The notes: a model not told the origin generated them from the letters alone. A stretch of 64,000 nt of DNA from Cyanophora paradoxa CCMP329 (GCA_004431415.1 QPMI01000204.1:91166-155165); one strand, 5' to 3'; shown: positions 25,386 to 39,107, numbered from the stretch's first letter. Translations and numbers: made by a program.

Positions 25386-28300
25386 ATGCCGAATCTGGCG
25401 CGCCCTTCGGGGCGCTCGGTCGTGCACCGAGCCCGCGTCCACGAGTGGACGCCGTCGGCGATCACGTGCCTCAATGCCTCTCGCGACGGAAACCGCCTCG
25501 CTGCTGGCCGGGAGAACGGCAACATCGAGATCTGGACAGTCGCTGGCTCTAGCTCCGTCTGTGATCAGGTGCTTCGCCAAGGCGCGTGCGGTGTCCCTCA
25601 CTCTAACCGTCGAACTGCTTAGTGCATCAGCGGCAAGCCGGGTGGAGCCCCTCGCAGCCTGGTCTGGAAGTCCGCGACAAAGCAGCATCCGGTCGATCGC
25701 CTGTTCAGCGCTGGCGACGGTGGCGAAGTCGTGGAATGGGATCTGGCAACCCTCAGCCCAAAGGTGCGGAGAGAGTCCCCCCATCTGTTTTGTGACGATG
25801 CTGAATTTTCCTTCGGGAGCAGTCAGTTGAGCGGTCCTTTGGTGGGATCATTTGGGCCCTTGCGATCGATCCGTCCGAAACTCTGCTTGCGGCCGCTTGC
25901 GATGACGGCGCCGTGCGCATTTACAACATCCTCGACTGCGAAGGAATCGAGTTCGCGTTCAGCCTGACCAAACAAGAAGGTGCGCCGTGTCCCCGCTCGC
26001 TTTACACGGGGGGTCATTCCACTCACGCAGCGCGCCTCTTGTCCATTGCTTGGGATCCTAAGGGGGAGCGCGTCGTGACCGGCGGAGCGGACGGGAGCCT
26101 TCGCATTTGGGATGTCGAGAGAAAATGCACCGTCTTGCGGATCAGCGCTGGTCAGGCTAAGCGGAAGCGTGCAAATCCCGTATGGGCTGTTGCCGTTCTA
26201 GGGTTCGCCGCCTTGATCATGTTGAACGACCTTCATTCTTTTCTGGCTCGTGACTCGCGAACAGTGACAGCACCGTCGTGAGCGGCGATGATCAGGGCCA
26301 AGTGCAGCTGTTTGAACCCACGAACGGTAGCCGCATGAAGATTTTCGAAGAGCACCAGTCACACGTGCGGGCGCTCGCGGTGGATCATGAGCGCCGTCTC
26401 TTGTTCTCGGCTGGAACAGACGCGACAATACTGAAGTATTCGCTCGCCTCGGATGACGAGGTCCGCCGTCGTTCTCCTCTTTCGTTGTCATCTCGCGGAA
26501 ATTCTGTGCGCAGTGGGTCGTTTCGGAAAAGCGATCGAATTTGCACACACACGATATCAGGAGTTTGACGTGCGCCGCTGGGAGGATCTTCTCTGGTGGA
26601 TCAGACACGATCATTTTTGGGCTGAGTACTGGTTCGGCATTCACTACGAACCGGTGCTCGCTGTGAACTGCGGTTGAAGACGCCAGCTTATCGATTTGCA
26701 GACCGACAAAGATCGTGGAGATACCTCGGCAGCTTGTTCACATTTCTCCAGAAAGCGGACTTGCGCTTTTCCAGTACGACCGGCGCGTCGAACTGCGTGC
26801 CATTCTGGCCGGTGAGCGCATCTTTTCTATTTCGCTGATCTCTGCTCATATTGTGGTGATAGAGCGGTCCGAGACGGCGATGTTCGACGACCACGATGAG
26901 AGGTCTTTGTACCCGCTCGCCGAGATTCGGATTGGGGTGCGCACATTACATCATTTCCTTTTCGATCATCGAATGTGTGCTTCAGGACGGTGAACGGAAT
27001 CTGGTTTCGAGCGCATTTGCTGGTGATGCAAAGCGCTGTCTTGTTGCTGTCTCCGATGGCTCTGAACGGACCCTGCTCTTCCGCGTGGAGGTTCATTAAA
27101 CGACCCGCTCTTGTGCTTCTCTCCGCCTAACCTGCATGTAGGCTCCGCCAAGCACGACGCTCCTTGCAACAGCAAGAGCAGCTTGTGAAGACAGAGAAGT
27201 CGACAGCCCATCCGTACACCCAGTCCCACTCCCTCCCAAGGTGCGTCGAAGGTTATCTTGCTTTTTATTGCGCACCACTGAGAACACATCCAGATATCTG
27301 GGGCGTACTCGCTCAGCTTCACAAGGGACGGGCGTCGACTCGTCGTCGCAGGATCCAGAGGAAGCCTGCACATCGTGGACACGACTTCAGACGAAGCTGC
27401 ACGCCTTCTCAACTCATTCCCACTGGCGCAAGCAGCGCTGAATCCCCTGCATCCCCTGACGGAGGGTGAGCTCTTATGATATCGAGAAGGCAACGTTTTC
27501 CGATTGGGGCGATGACGATCCTCATATTTGCTACTAACGACCCAAGGGGATTGATTACAAACCGAACCACCAAGAATCTGTTCTGAGCCCTAAATCTAGC
27601 TTCTCGAACGAAGCAAGGCCCCCGACCCTGCTACCGTACTCATTCATCTCGCGCTTTTTGCAGAGAAGCACGATTCCGCACGTGGCCTCGACCGGAAGCG
27701 ACCACCAGTTTTCGGGTTCGAAGCTCATATCACCTGCCCCGGCTTCTTGCTCAAGCTTGGTTCGTCCGCAGCATGGTAGCCAGCAACGACAAGCCAGGAC
27801 CCCCTGGGCCTGTCGCTGTATCAACCGATGGTCAATGGGCGGCGGTTGCCAACCAGAACAATCGGCTTCTCGTGTTTAATCTCGACACCATGAAGGTCCG
27901 CGACATAGCTGTCTTGTTGCATACAATTTGCCACCCATGATTCGTCTCCCCTCAGCTTGATACCGACCTTGGAGTGTTGGAAGGCCGGTTGACAGCACTA
28001 GCATTCCATCCTCGAAGTCCGTCCTCGTTGGTTGCAGTGTGCGCATCTAAGCGTTTCTTTATCTTCGATGTGGAAAAAGGGTAAGCACCGGGTTCGTTCA
28101 TTCTCACAATCGGGATCCGCTCATAGTGCAGCAGCGGCTTGTCTGAGTGGAGCCGCGAGTACTCTTCCGCCCTACCGGACTCTTATATGCAAGCTCCTGG
28201 CCAAGTCACGGGGGTAGCATTTGACCCAGACCGCCCGTCTGTGATCCTACTGTCGTCCCCCCGCTGGCTCTGCTCCGTCGACCTTGACAAGGTGTGCTCC

Positions 28301-28818
28301 AATCTTGTCTGTGGTCGGGCTCCTTATCTGGTCAATGCACGTGGCATGTGATGATCAAATATTTGCTATTTGATCCCGCGGGGATTTGAGAGAAATGCAA
28401 ACCACCAAGAATCTGTTCTGAGCCATTGACATTGTCATCGCTCTCTGTCTAGACCAGTTCCCCCACCCCCGGCTGGTTTGCGCGATTTTGCTGTCTTATC
28501 CTTTGATGTTGCTGTGCAGCCGGTGTCGGCTACAACTTCTGCTGCCTCCGAGGGCCTTGACAAGCGCAAACGCAAGAGGTGCATTTTTTTCTCCCTCGAT
28601 GTCTTTCAACTTGCCGGCGCTTAGTCGATTCTGGCAGGAGTGCTCTGCCCATTGCAGCTGCATCCCCTCGCGCGAACTTTTTGATGTCAACAAGGTTTCG
28701 CTTCGTACTCAGTGCCGATTTCATGGGTCCCTCGCAACTCCTTGTTATGGAGAGACCATGGGCAGCGATTCTGCAATCTCTTCCACCAGCCTTCGCAACC
28801 CGGCGATTCGGCACATGA
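25386..28818 (+). CDS. UTP4: UTP4/cirhin, U3 snoRNP WD40 protein, multi-exon
   Basis: N-terminal VHRARVHEWTPSAITCL..RLAAGRENGNIEIW, multiple WD40 repeats, and C-terminal LLVMERPW..LPPAF..RRFGT*. Confidence 0.9.
27507..27590 (+). ncRNA. SNORD24: Intronic box C/D snoRNA, U24/snR24-like (copy 1)
   Basis: Terminal stem GGGC/GCCC; C box (GC)GATGA; guides ATATTTGCTAC and ACCACCAAGA, complementary to the conserved LSU rRNA GAUCUUGGUGGUAGUAGCAAAUAU; D box CTGA at 27583-27586. Lies in an unusually long UTP4 intron. Confidence 0.8.
28342..28425 (+). ncRNA. SNORD24: Intronic box C/D snoRNA, U24/snR24-like (copy 2)
   Basis: Stem TGGC/GCCA; C box GTGATGA at 28348-28354; guide ATATTTGCTA with D' TTGA; guide ACCACCAAGA; D box CTGA at 28418-28421. 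Confidence 0.85.
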
Positions 28819-29296
28819 GGTCGAGCACTCCTTAGTGTAGCTTCGCTAAAATTTAGCCCATCTGGGGTTTCAATTTCAATTACTTTCAATTCCGCCCCAA
28901 AAGCTGCATTTTGACGTGAGAATCGCGGTATCTAGCAAAAGCCAGGCTCAGCGTCAAGCGACGCGAGGCCGGGACTGACAAAGCCAGGATCCGCAGTCAG
29001 CGACCGAAGGCCGGGACGGCGCCACGGCACCATTCACGGTCTCGCCCGGGCTCAGTCTTCGTAGGCCAATCGAACTCGAAGCCACCCTTGCAAGGCACCC
29101 TTGACCGCCCAAAAAGTGGCCTTGATCCCAAGGCCCGCATAGCCCGTGTCGGCTGGGAGCTCGCATGGAGCTCGCATGCCATGCAGCGAGCACTCAGCCG
29201 GGACTCCCAAGCACTATGGACATCATGATTTTCATGGACTTTCATAGATGTCAGTTGGGCAAAGCTGTGAATGCAGCAATCGGCAAAATCCCAATG

Positions 29297-29524
29297 CGGG
29301 CCTGTTCCCAATGCAAAGAATGATTCGAATTTGTGCAGCATCTCCGAGAGAATTTGTGCGGCTTTGATTTGGATTTCGAGACGTCGACCTCTCTAAACGC
29401 ACTCGCCGAGTCGGGCTTTGATTTGGATTTCGAGACCTCTAAACGCAGTCCAGATAACACAGATTTCGAGCCCTAACAGCTACTGGGCTAGGTCAGATAA
29501 CACGTGACGTATATCTGAAATGCA
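29297..29524 (+). repeat. Composite of A upstream module, two C modules and A terminus
   Basis: Matches 282-360, the reverse complement of 11724-11790, and the A end (..TATATCTGAAATGCA at 29524). Confidence 0.8.
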
Positions 29525-29562
29525 AGGTGCTACAGTACATCATTAGTCGAATGCAGTCACAA

Positions 29563-30622
29563 TCACTTTCGAAAAGGGTTCACAGCTTTCGGACGTGGAT
29601 TTGATGTTGCTGGAACTACAGGAGGGGGCCCACCTGAGGATCCATTGTCTGCCTTGGGCTGTGATGAGCTGAAGAAAGCATGTATCGAACGTTGGCTGGG
29701 ATCAACTGCTGCCTGCTTGCCTTTTGCATGGCAGGTCTTGCTGGCACCTTTGCCCTTCCCAGCAGTGGCAGTGGACCGTGACGCAACCGGTGCTGTCGTC
29801 GATGAGTGTGTTTGTGTAGTGCTTCCAGATTGTGCAGATGGACCGATATGTGCAGGATGCCGTTGATGCACAGACTGCTGGATGGCCTGTTGCGGTACGG
29901 CTGCTTGCAGTTGCAATGCGCTGCTGTTCGCCCCCACGATTGTTTGCCGAGGTGGGACTGTTGGCACTGCTGTGGCGGGAAGAACTCGTGCCTCTGCAGA
30001 AGGAGGAACTGGTGCCTCTGGACTTCGATTTGGGCCATTAGGCTGGACTTTGAGGCCGGGATTCTTGACGGCTGGAGGGTGTGGAGCTCGAGATGCTGGG
30101 ACATCGTGTTCAAGCATGGCCAGCTCAAAGCCCAGGCTGACGTCCATGCTGCTCGGGTTGGCATCATTCGTTATGTTCTGAAGAGGTGTCCGTTGTGGGG
30201 CGTCTGTTCGGGAGTCCGCTGCGTCCAATTTTCGCATCTTGCACGCGGGGTTCCTGCTGGGAGAAGTTGCAGTGGATGAGGCGGGCGATCCCTCTGAAGG
30301 AGCTGGAGCTTGCTTTGCAGCAGGAAGAAAGGCAGGTACTTCTCTGCTTCCCTGCTTCAGCTGCTGAGATGCAACACGAAATAGAAGCACGTGTCACCTG
30401 ATGCTTTCCCTGGGAGTGGGCACCACGAAGAGATGCCCATTGCTTGGTAGAGGATAGACCTTTGCCACAAATCAGCCACAGAAGAATTCGCCAAAGAAAA
30501 TGACGAACCCAGCTTCGTGGGATCAGCAGGGAGAAGAGGCGCTCAAAGAAGGGCTCGGCAGCAAGTGTTGCGCGAGAACCAACCTGGGCACAGAATCGAT
30601 ACAATGGAATGTGTGTGTGTGT

Positions 30623-30653
<31 letters not shown>

Positions 30654-33600
30654 GGGGGGGGGGCCAATCGTGCACACCATCACAAGTTTGCAGCGGGCAC
30701 GGGTAAATGCGACATTCAAACGCCGCCAGTCACGGAGGAGGTCGCCCACCTGCACTCGCGTGATCGAAAAAGCGTTTTGTCTCAAGCACTAAGATATTGG
30801 CACGTTGCACCAGGCTGCTTTGGTTGGAGCGAACAAAGGAGATCAGAATGCAAGCCTTATCACGCCCCTGCAACATTGCAGCGTTCAAAAATGTATGTGA
30901 TACACCAAGTGAAGCGTTTGCACCTGGTATTTATCGATGGTGTGCACGTCAAGTGTTGCAGAAACACCAGGGCCCAGCGCATTTCGAAGGTTTGAAGCAA
31001 TCAAGCGGACCTGTGGACAACTCAGGGAGAGCAAATTCAGCTGCACAATCGAGGGAGGAACCTGTGAGCGGTACGGGGAAATCACACCCATGTCGCTTGC
31101 ATTAACACCAGCTGAAATTAAGGTAGTCACGAGGCTCGATACAAGGCGAGCCTCCCCATCGTTGTGGACGGATTCCGCCCCACGACTCTCCAGGGCAGGA
31201 CATGTGTCTGTATCCAAGAAGAGAACCCTGTTGCTTTAAGGGGAAAGGAGTTAAAAAGAGTCGAGATCACGCTGCCAAAGCCAGACGTTCAACAAACCAA
31301 GGGTTCAGGGCGGCGGTGAGCCAGGCAGGCATTTGTGATTCCCGAATCACTTGGTCCAGCCAGGGCACCTTGAGTGTTGCCTGCACCATGGAAAGTGGGA
31401 AGGTCTGTTCCAAAAACCGTATCGGGAACCAAAAGCACGTACTGTAGCAACATCATCACTCCCACATCGCAGCTACGATCATGGTCGGAAAAGAGCAACG
31501 ATTTCAACAATCAATGGCATACTCTGTTCGAATAAACAAGGGAATTGGAGAGAAGCATGATGTCTGCAGCCATCCGGTACTGTGTCTCCAACTCCACCTT
31601 TGCTGCAGGGTGGGCTTCACACAAGCGCTGCAAGCAGTATTAACGGCTCGTGGATTTCATTAGCGGAAAGATAGCGCAAAAAACCTGGAACAGGGGAGTC
31701 GACATGCCCAGTGCCCGTGCTTGAACGTTCTTGACGACTGGCGGCAGCTGCACACGGTATGATGTTCGATATGGGGGAGTGTATCGAGCAGCCGACCTGA
31801 TTATGGTCCCCAACAAGCACGAACGATCGTCCAAATCTGATTGGCCCAAGGCATGCAGCTTCGGACAGTTGGCTCGCCTCATCTACTATCACCACATCGA
31901 AATGCCCTCGCTGCAAACGGCTCTCGTCTGTTGCAGGAGCTTTACGTGAGGAGACGGCATCTCACCTTCGAGAACAATGGGTGGGAGACACCGAGGCAGG
32001 TGCTCCCCACAAGCTGGGGGCCCATGAGGCGAGCTGTGCGCTGTCAAAAAAAAAGCGAATCGAGAAAAGATGCACAAGGTCTTACCTTTGAGCTGGGCGA
32101 GCGAATCAATCTTTCCAGCTCCATGGATTGTGTGCCGTTGCAGATCTGCGTGAACTTGCGATGGATTGCCCACCCTAAGGAAATCGACCCCCATCTCTTG
32201 CAACTGTTTGCAAGACTCAGCCTTTCACAGTCCACCACATCAGTTAGAAGAGCACCTTCAGGAGGATGTTGTCCACAGCCGTGTGCGTGTGGGCGGTAAC
32301 GAGGACAGATTGTCCAAGTGCAAGAAGGACACGAACAAGCACAGCAATACAGGTCGTCTTTCCAGTACCTGGCATTCCGAGCAGCAGCACGTAATCTTGC
32401 GCTGAAGCAGGGGCTTAAAAATTATGATAATTAAGAAGAAGATGAACATCTCTGACCTGTAAGCACAGCCCTCAGCGCGTGCAGCTGGTCGCTATTCAAA
32501 GCCTCGAAAACCTGAAGGGCCTTGACCCTGAAGAGAGAGTCACAGTGCGAAAATCATGTCTGCAACGAAATTCCAATTGGGCACCGCGGATCAGCAAGGA
32601 GAGTGTCAGCAACTTCTCTTGGGGAGAACGCAGGCACAGCAAGGTCCACCACCAACTCTCGAAGGCGGAACTCCTTCTGTAGAAAAAGCGAAGAAAGGTT
32701 CTCCTGCAGCTAGAATAACTCCCCCAGTCGGCACAGATGCATGCATCACATGTACCTTGAGCAATCCATAGCCAGCACGGCTTTCATCCTTGTCCACTCG
32801 CCAGCAGGCAGCCGACAGAAGAGAGCCATCATCGTCCTTCAGAGATTGCCATTCGCCAGCTGTTGACTTCGAAGGTCGGGCAGCACCAGCATGGCAACCC
32901 AAAGCCTCAATGTCGATCAGCTCCTCCAGTTCCCTCCCTGCTGCACCAGTTGGGGCGTATTGCAGAGGCCGAGCCTGCAAGACGTTCCTCAGCACTGCAA
33001 GCGGGGTTTGGGCAACTGTGCATGGGCACACAGTGAGGGGCTTCTGAAGCCTGACAACGAAGGTATCCGAATTGAGATCCTGCAAATCCGTGTGAGGGTG
33101 AGAGTAGTGAAATTCTCTCTAACTACACTCTCACTTCCAAGCGGCCAGCAGCGACTGCGAAGGGGCCGCCCTCAACGCTGACGACTATGCTGTCGCCTTC
33201 AGATAACTGCCCGGAAAGTCAGGCTGGAGCACCTCAGTGGCCAAAAGGCAGACCTGTAACTCCAAGAAGCTGCGAGGTCCTTCTGGATCTGAAGGGCATG
33301 CCGACTCCAGTGTGCGTTTCTGTCGCTGGAACCGATAAAGGAAGGCGCCTGTCGCATTGTCGCGACTGACAGCAAAAGGGGCCACGTTCGCAAAGCATCT
33401 GCCCAGACGCTGGCGCCTGTCTGATGAATACCTCCAGACTTCGCTCTTGATATCTGTAATCGACCTTGTGACAAGCTTTTGTGAGGCCTCAGAGATCACA
33501 TGAAAAGGAAGAACTGGCCACACCCAAACTCGAGATCGAGCATCGTATTCCAGCTGCGAAGATATTCCAAGTGTCTCTCGTTAAGATGATCCAGTGACTG

Positions 33601-36459
33601 CATATTTTATTGTCAGTACAGGAATTCCCCAGAATCTTATGGACAGACCGCAAAAGCAGAGCCGATCCCTGCGATATCAGCAGACTCCTGGGTGCCACCA
33701 TCGATCGCCTGAGGTGGCGTTCATAAAACAATGAGGATTGGAACACATTTGCTCAAACGTACTCGGTGAAGCAGGGCACAGACAGGAAGATTGGAGCAGT
33801 ACCGGCACATGCGTTGGTCATGGACAAGTGGTGGTAGCCAACCTGGTTTGCCACGTTCCGCATAACGCAAATGCCTTGCAACAGCATTGCGGCGTGTAAC
33901 AAGTGGCCAGGTCTCGCCTCGATCGACCTTCACTCCCTGCATTCCACTGTTGAGCATATAATATATCAGGCCCCTGTCAACGTCTTTCCCTGCTGCAGAG
34001 TCAGGTAACCGTGCAGCCGAGGAAGGGCCCAGAGGTGCGGGCCATATCGATCTGACAGGAGAAGCGTGTAGAGGATGACTTGGGCCTTGTACTGGAGGGC
34101 CCGTGTGCCGCCACCGCCAGAGCCCAGTGCCCCAGTCTTTAACTCAAATGGAATGCTGATGCTCTCACTTTCTCCGGAGATTCCTGCAGCCTGCTTCAGC
34201 ATGGGGGCGGATTCAAAAATGAATATGTCTGCACCATCCACAGGGACCAACCGAAGGCGGACAGTGGCATCCAGAGAGCCTTTTAATCCGTAGGTGGGGC
34301 TCCAGATGCTCTCTTCCACATCCGCGACCTGTTCGATGCACACTCGAAATTCGCGACCTCCAAACCAGACACGCCCCTCAGGAGCGGGCTGAGCACGGAC
34401 GAAAGTCGTCGCCCAATCGCCCACCTGCCGATCAATACAAGCTAAGAGCTTGTTCGTGATTCTCTGTCTAAAAAAATCAATGACCTTTTCGGCAGACTTC
34501 AACAAATCCGCCCGAATTTCCTCTTCTTTTGCCCCAATTGCATATCTGAGCTCCTGCTTCAGCAAGCAGAAAAAAAAGCGAACCTTCTTGGAACGAACAC
34601 TTCTTCAATGTGCTGAGTGAGAGTGGAAGATATGTCCGCTTTGATGCTTTCGGCAGAAAAGTTTCGAGAGACAAGTGCACGCTGGAAAACAGAATGAAGG
34701 AGTGTGCCTCGCAGAATTGCATTGCGGCTCTCCCCTACTTTAGTCCCTCCCTGCATCAAAGATTCATAAAAAAAGCAACTAGCGGTAGCACAGAGCTTAC
34801 CGGAAAAATCTCGTCTATCAATGCGGACCGCATGCACCGCCAGGACTCGGAGACACGTGTTCCACTCACAAGTACATCAGGGTGCTGAACGAGCAAGTTC
34901 TGTGCTCAGCATGTCAGAAGGTGCTCAAGTGCTTCACGGACACATGCCGGCCACCTTCCTGTGGTCCACAACGATGTCCCCTCCAGCATCTTCCCCAGGT
35001 TCAAGCACAACATTTACCCGATCGCCTACCTCGAAAGACTCCTCCTGCCAACTCTCACGCAGATGCAGTCTCCACGTCCTTCCAGCATACGCTTCTGTGA
35101 AGGTACCGCTTGCCGAGCAGCTGGTTTCGATCGCCGGTGCTTTGCATCCTCCTCCTTCGTTGTCTTTGTCTCCGTGAAGAACAGCCACTTCGTTTGGCCC
35201 TTCCACATCGTGCCTGTGCTTTCTGGCGCTGCACCGCTGCTTCTCTTGCTCTGCTTCCCACTCGGTTGCATCTGCACACGTTAGAACCTGCGAGCAAAAA
35301 CGTTCATGACTCAAACATCCCCCACGGCTGCAAACTAGGTTAGCTTGCCTTCTGAAGGTATGACGAATTGGGCAGAACGGGCTCCAAGCCGCCGACTTCC
35401 AGGACAACGAGATGAAGAACCTCCCGGCGCATGTTCACCGGGCGTGCAGATGCTGCTGAGGTGGCCGCGTCCAGCTCCCCGAAGTCCTGCGAGTGGTCAG
35501 GCTAGCGTATTTATATATTTGAACACTTCCAATGAAAGCGCGCACAATTGTGGACAAGTCCAGCTCGAACTTGAAATCATCGGATGCAGATTGCGCGGCC
35601 TGTGCATGCGCAGGCCGCCTGGGGCTTTTCGCACTGGTGATGTGGCAAGCTGAAACCGGTGCCGCGAGGCCGGGATTCTCGGCGGCTGGAGGGTTTGGAG
35701 CTCGAGGTGCTGGGATCTCGTATGCAAGCAAGGCGAGCTCGAAGCCCGGGCTGACGTCCATGCTGCTCGGGCTGGCAACATTCGTTATGTTCTGGAGAGG
35801 TGTCCGCTGCGAGGCGTTCGTTGGAGAGTCCGCTGCGTCCATTTTTCGCTTCTTGCACGCGGGGTTCCTGCTGGGAGAAGTTGCAGTGGATGAGGCGGGC
35901 GATCCCTCCGAACCATCTCGCAGTCCGTTGAGAGCGTGCAAAAGATCCGATTGGGCCTCCGCGTACGCCGGGTTGACGCAGTCGGAGTTCATTGCCACCT
36001 GTTCCCGTGGCTGCTGCGCGGGTCGCGCTGCGGACTCGTCGAGCCAGGCGCAGATAGCGCTCCGGACGACTGGGCCGCCGTCCTCCGCCACGCTCGGCCC
36101 TAATTACTGTTACGCAAGCGGCGCACGGCCCGCCGGAGTTGACACGGCGCACCCGAGAGGAGCTCGTCGGGAAAGTTGTTCGCCTGAACGGTACGCCGAC
36201 TGGCCGATGCACCGCGGACGCGATCCAAGAGCTTCGGGTCTATATCTCGATTCCAAACGACCTCGGGCTGGGCCGGCTCGGTGAGCGGGACTCGAACCGC
36301 GCATGCCGTGCGCACCTCGGGCTCCGCCATGGAGCGGCCCGGTGTCTGACTTGGATCGTCCACGGGAGGAGCGCATGCGCCCTGCGCCGCAGCGTGCGAC
36401 GCAGCTTGCAGCGCCCTTCCCTTGAGCTCGACTCCGCGCCATCGAGGCGGTGCGTGCAT
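29563..36459 (-). CDS. DNA2: DNA2 nuclease/helicase, multi-exon; start approximate
   Basis: [24 protein letters not shown], Fe-S cysteines ([11 protein letters not shown]), Walker [27 protein letters not shown] and [11 protein letters not shown]. Confidence 0.95.
30610..30663. repeat. (TG)n microsatellite followed by a poly-G run, inside a DNA2 intron
   Basis: Seen directly in the sequence. Confidence 0.9.
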
Positions 36460-36576
36460 TTTGCTTAAAGTATTGGCATCCGCCTGATTTACAGGTTTAT
36501 CGGCGCTACCGCTGCTGTGTGCTGCGGCAAGGAAGGGGCAAATTTTGAAAGGAGGGGTACAGTCGCCTCGCACCAC

Positions 36577-39020
36577 ATGGCAGCCTTCGTATGTGCACTC
36601 CCCGGCGTGCGGGTGGCCCCGGACTGTCGTCCGGCAGTCCCCGCGCAGCTGCAGCGCGACTTCCTCGGGCAGCGTATGCTGGTGAGCGACAAGGGTCGGC
36701 TAGCTAGTGCAGCGTGCAGCTAGCTCTAAGCGCATATCCTCAAGGGCTGATCTGCGTGCGCAGCGGCGAGCGCGAGCGCACGGGACGCCCGATCGCAGAT
36801 TCGAGTTCAACCTCGTCGCTTCAGCAGCGCCGGAAGGCGAGGTGAAGCGGGTAGCGCTGATAGCGCTGGGCTGTCCGAAAAATACTGTCGACGCTGAGGT
36901 CATGCTGGTGCGGGCTGAACTCTTGGCCTAGTCCAGGCCTAGACGATCGCTTCCTTGAGACGATCGCCCGAGAGCTCGCGTTTCTCCGCAGGGAGATCTT
37001 CACCGGAAGGGATTCGAGATCACTTCCGAAGTTGACAAGGTGCGCTTGTACAACAAAGCCGACGGCAGCGCCTCGAAGCCTTCGATTCTGACAAGTTTTC
37101 TAACGCAGGCCGACTGCGTGATCATAAACACATGTGCTTTCGTCGAAGAGGCAAAGAACGAGAGCATCGAGGCGATCTTAGAAGCCGCGCAACTGAAGCA
37201 GGTCATCGATATCATACCCGAGTACATGGAAGAGCTTCTCATAAGAGCGCAGGCTGGAAACGTCCGGGGTGTAGTTGTGACGGGATGCCTCGCCCAGCGG
37301 TACAGTGGCGAGTTGGCGGAGGAGATTCCAGAGTCAGACGCTGTGGTTGGATTCGCCCACTGTAAGTTCGACCTCGGCCTCCGACGGATCGCCCCTCAGG
37401 CTGACTGCTCTCAGATGCGGACATTCCTAAAACAATCGAAAAAATCTTGGAGGAGTCGGGCATTCGTGACAAATCGAAATCAGATTTCAAATCGAAATCG
37501 AAATTCTCCGGCCTTCCGGCTCGTCAGAACAGGAGAGTCGCTGTCGGCAGTGCCACCGTCGGGTTCAGGTTCGAGGCGCTGTTTTCCAACTTAAGCATCT
37601 GATCAATCTTGATATATATATGCAGGCCGGAGCATGACCGCCTCCGCATCACTCCCCAGGTTCAGAGCTCTGATTTTTTTCAAGTTTGTCCTAACCCGAA
37701 GCAGCATACTGCATTTTTGAGAGTTGCGGAAGGCTGCGACCATGCGTGCACATTTTGTGCCATTCCTGGTTTCCGGTGCTTATTCTCCTTGGGATTACTC
37801 CCGTGCCCCCCATGACTCCAGCGTAGGGGAAAGTTTCGGTCAAAGCCTTGGGATGCTGTTCTCGACGAGGCGAAACGTCTTGTGGACTCCGGCGTCAAGG
37901 AACTCAACTTGATTGCAGAGGATACGAATCAATATGGGATGGTAAAAATGAAAACGATAGTATGTACGATTCAAATGAAAGCCAGGCATATGATTCTTGC
38001 AACACGCAGGATTTTCCTTTGAGTGATGGCCGCCGATTATCAGATTTGCTCCGGGCTTTAAACGAGCTGGAAGGCCTGACTTGGATCCGCATCCTCTACG
38101 CCTATCCTTCATATTTCAGTGAGGATCTGATCACGGCAATCGCTGAATTGCCGAAGGTGGTGAAGTACTTGGATATGCCCCTCCAACACATTTCTGGTCC
38201 TGCTTTTTCAAATTATGGGACTCTCGGGTCCTGACAGCAGAGCATGCAGATGGAGTGCTCAAGAATATGAACAGGCCAGGTCGGTCTCACACTGAGAACC
38301 TCCTGAATCGACTCCGCGAAGGAATTCCAGGTGATTCACACTCCGTAGATGAACGGGACTTCATCACTGATTCGCCATCAGGTCTTCGAATCAGGACGAC
38401 GTTCATCGCAGGGTTCCCAGGGGAGACCGACGACGACCACCGGTTCGATCGCTGTTGCCGATCAATTATTCGCCGCTAGGTTTTAAGATCAATGTGCAGC
38501 GAATTGTGTGAGTTCATCCAGGAGTTCAAGTTCGAAAGAGCCGGATTCTTCGCATATTCGGGTCCGTAGCACCCCATTGCCCCCTTGCGGGGGCCAACGG
38601 ACAAGGCCACGGCAGAGGAGGACGGGACCCCGGCAGGCGATGGCACATTGGCATTGCCCCTGGTTCCTCAAGAGCTTCGAGATGCACGGCGGGATGAACT
38701 AGTCTCTATCCAGCAGCAAATCAGCGATTCTCTTGCCAAGCAAATGATGGGCCAGGAGGTGGAGCTGATGGTCGACGCTGTGATGGCTGATGGGTCTGGA
38801 GCATCCGTCGCTGCTCTGTGTCGCAGCACATTCGATGCACCGGAGATAGACAACATCGTGGAGGTCTTTGCCTTGCTTTTTTCAATGCTGCTGCTGTTTC
38901 TTGATTGACAGCTTTCGCCAGGTCAAACAGCTCAGCAGGCCAGATGTCGAATCTGGCGATGTGATTACGGCTAGAATCATCGGGGCGTTGGACGGCGATC
39001 TTTTTGCTGAAATGAAGTAA
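36577..39020 (+). CDS. rimO: RimO-type radical-SAM methylthiotransferase (ribosomal protein S12) with putative plastid transit peptide
   Basis: LGCPKNTVDAE, INTCAF, VTGCLAQR, AEGCDHACTFCAIP (CxxxCxxC), YLDMPLQH, RTTFIAGFPGET and APEID (TRAM). N-terminus MAAFVCALP. Confidence 0.9.
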
Positions 39021-39107
39021 CGTTGCTAGCTAGCTGCATCTGTGAACTACGCCTGGAAAGGTGCAGCCGTCTCTGTTGCCAGCCTGGCCGACTGTTAAAG
39101 GGTAGCG

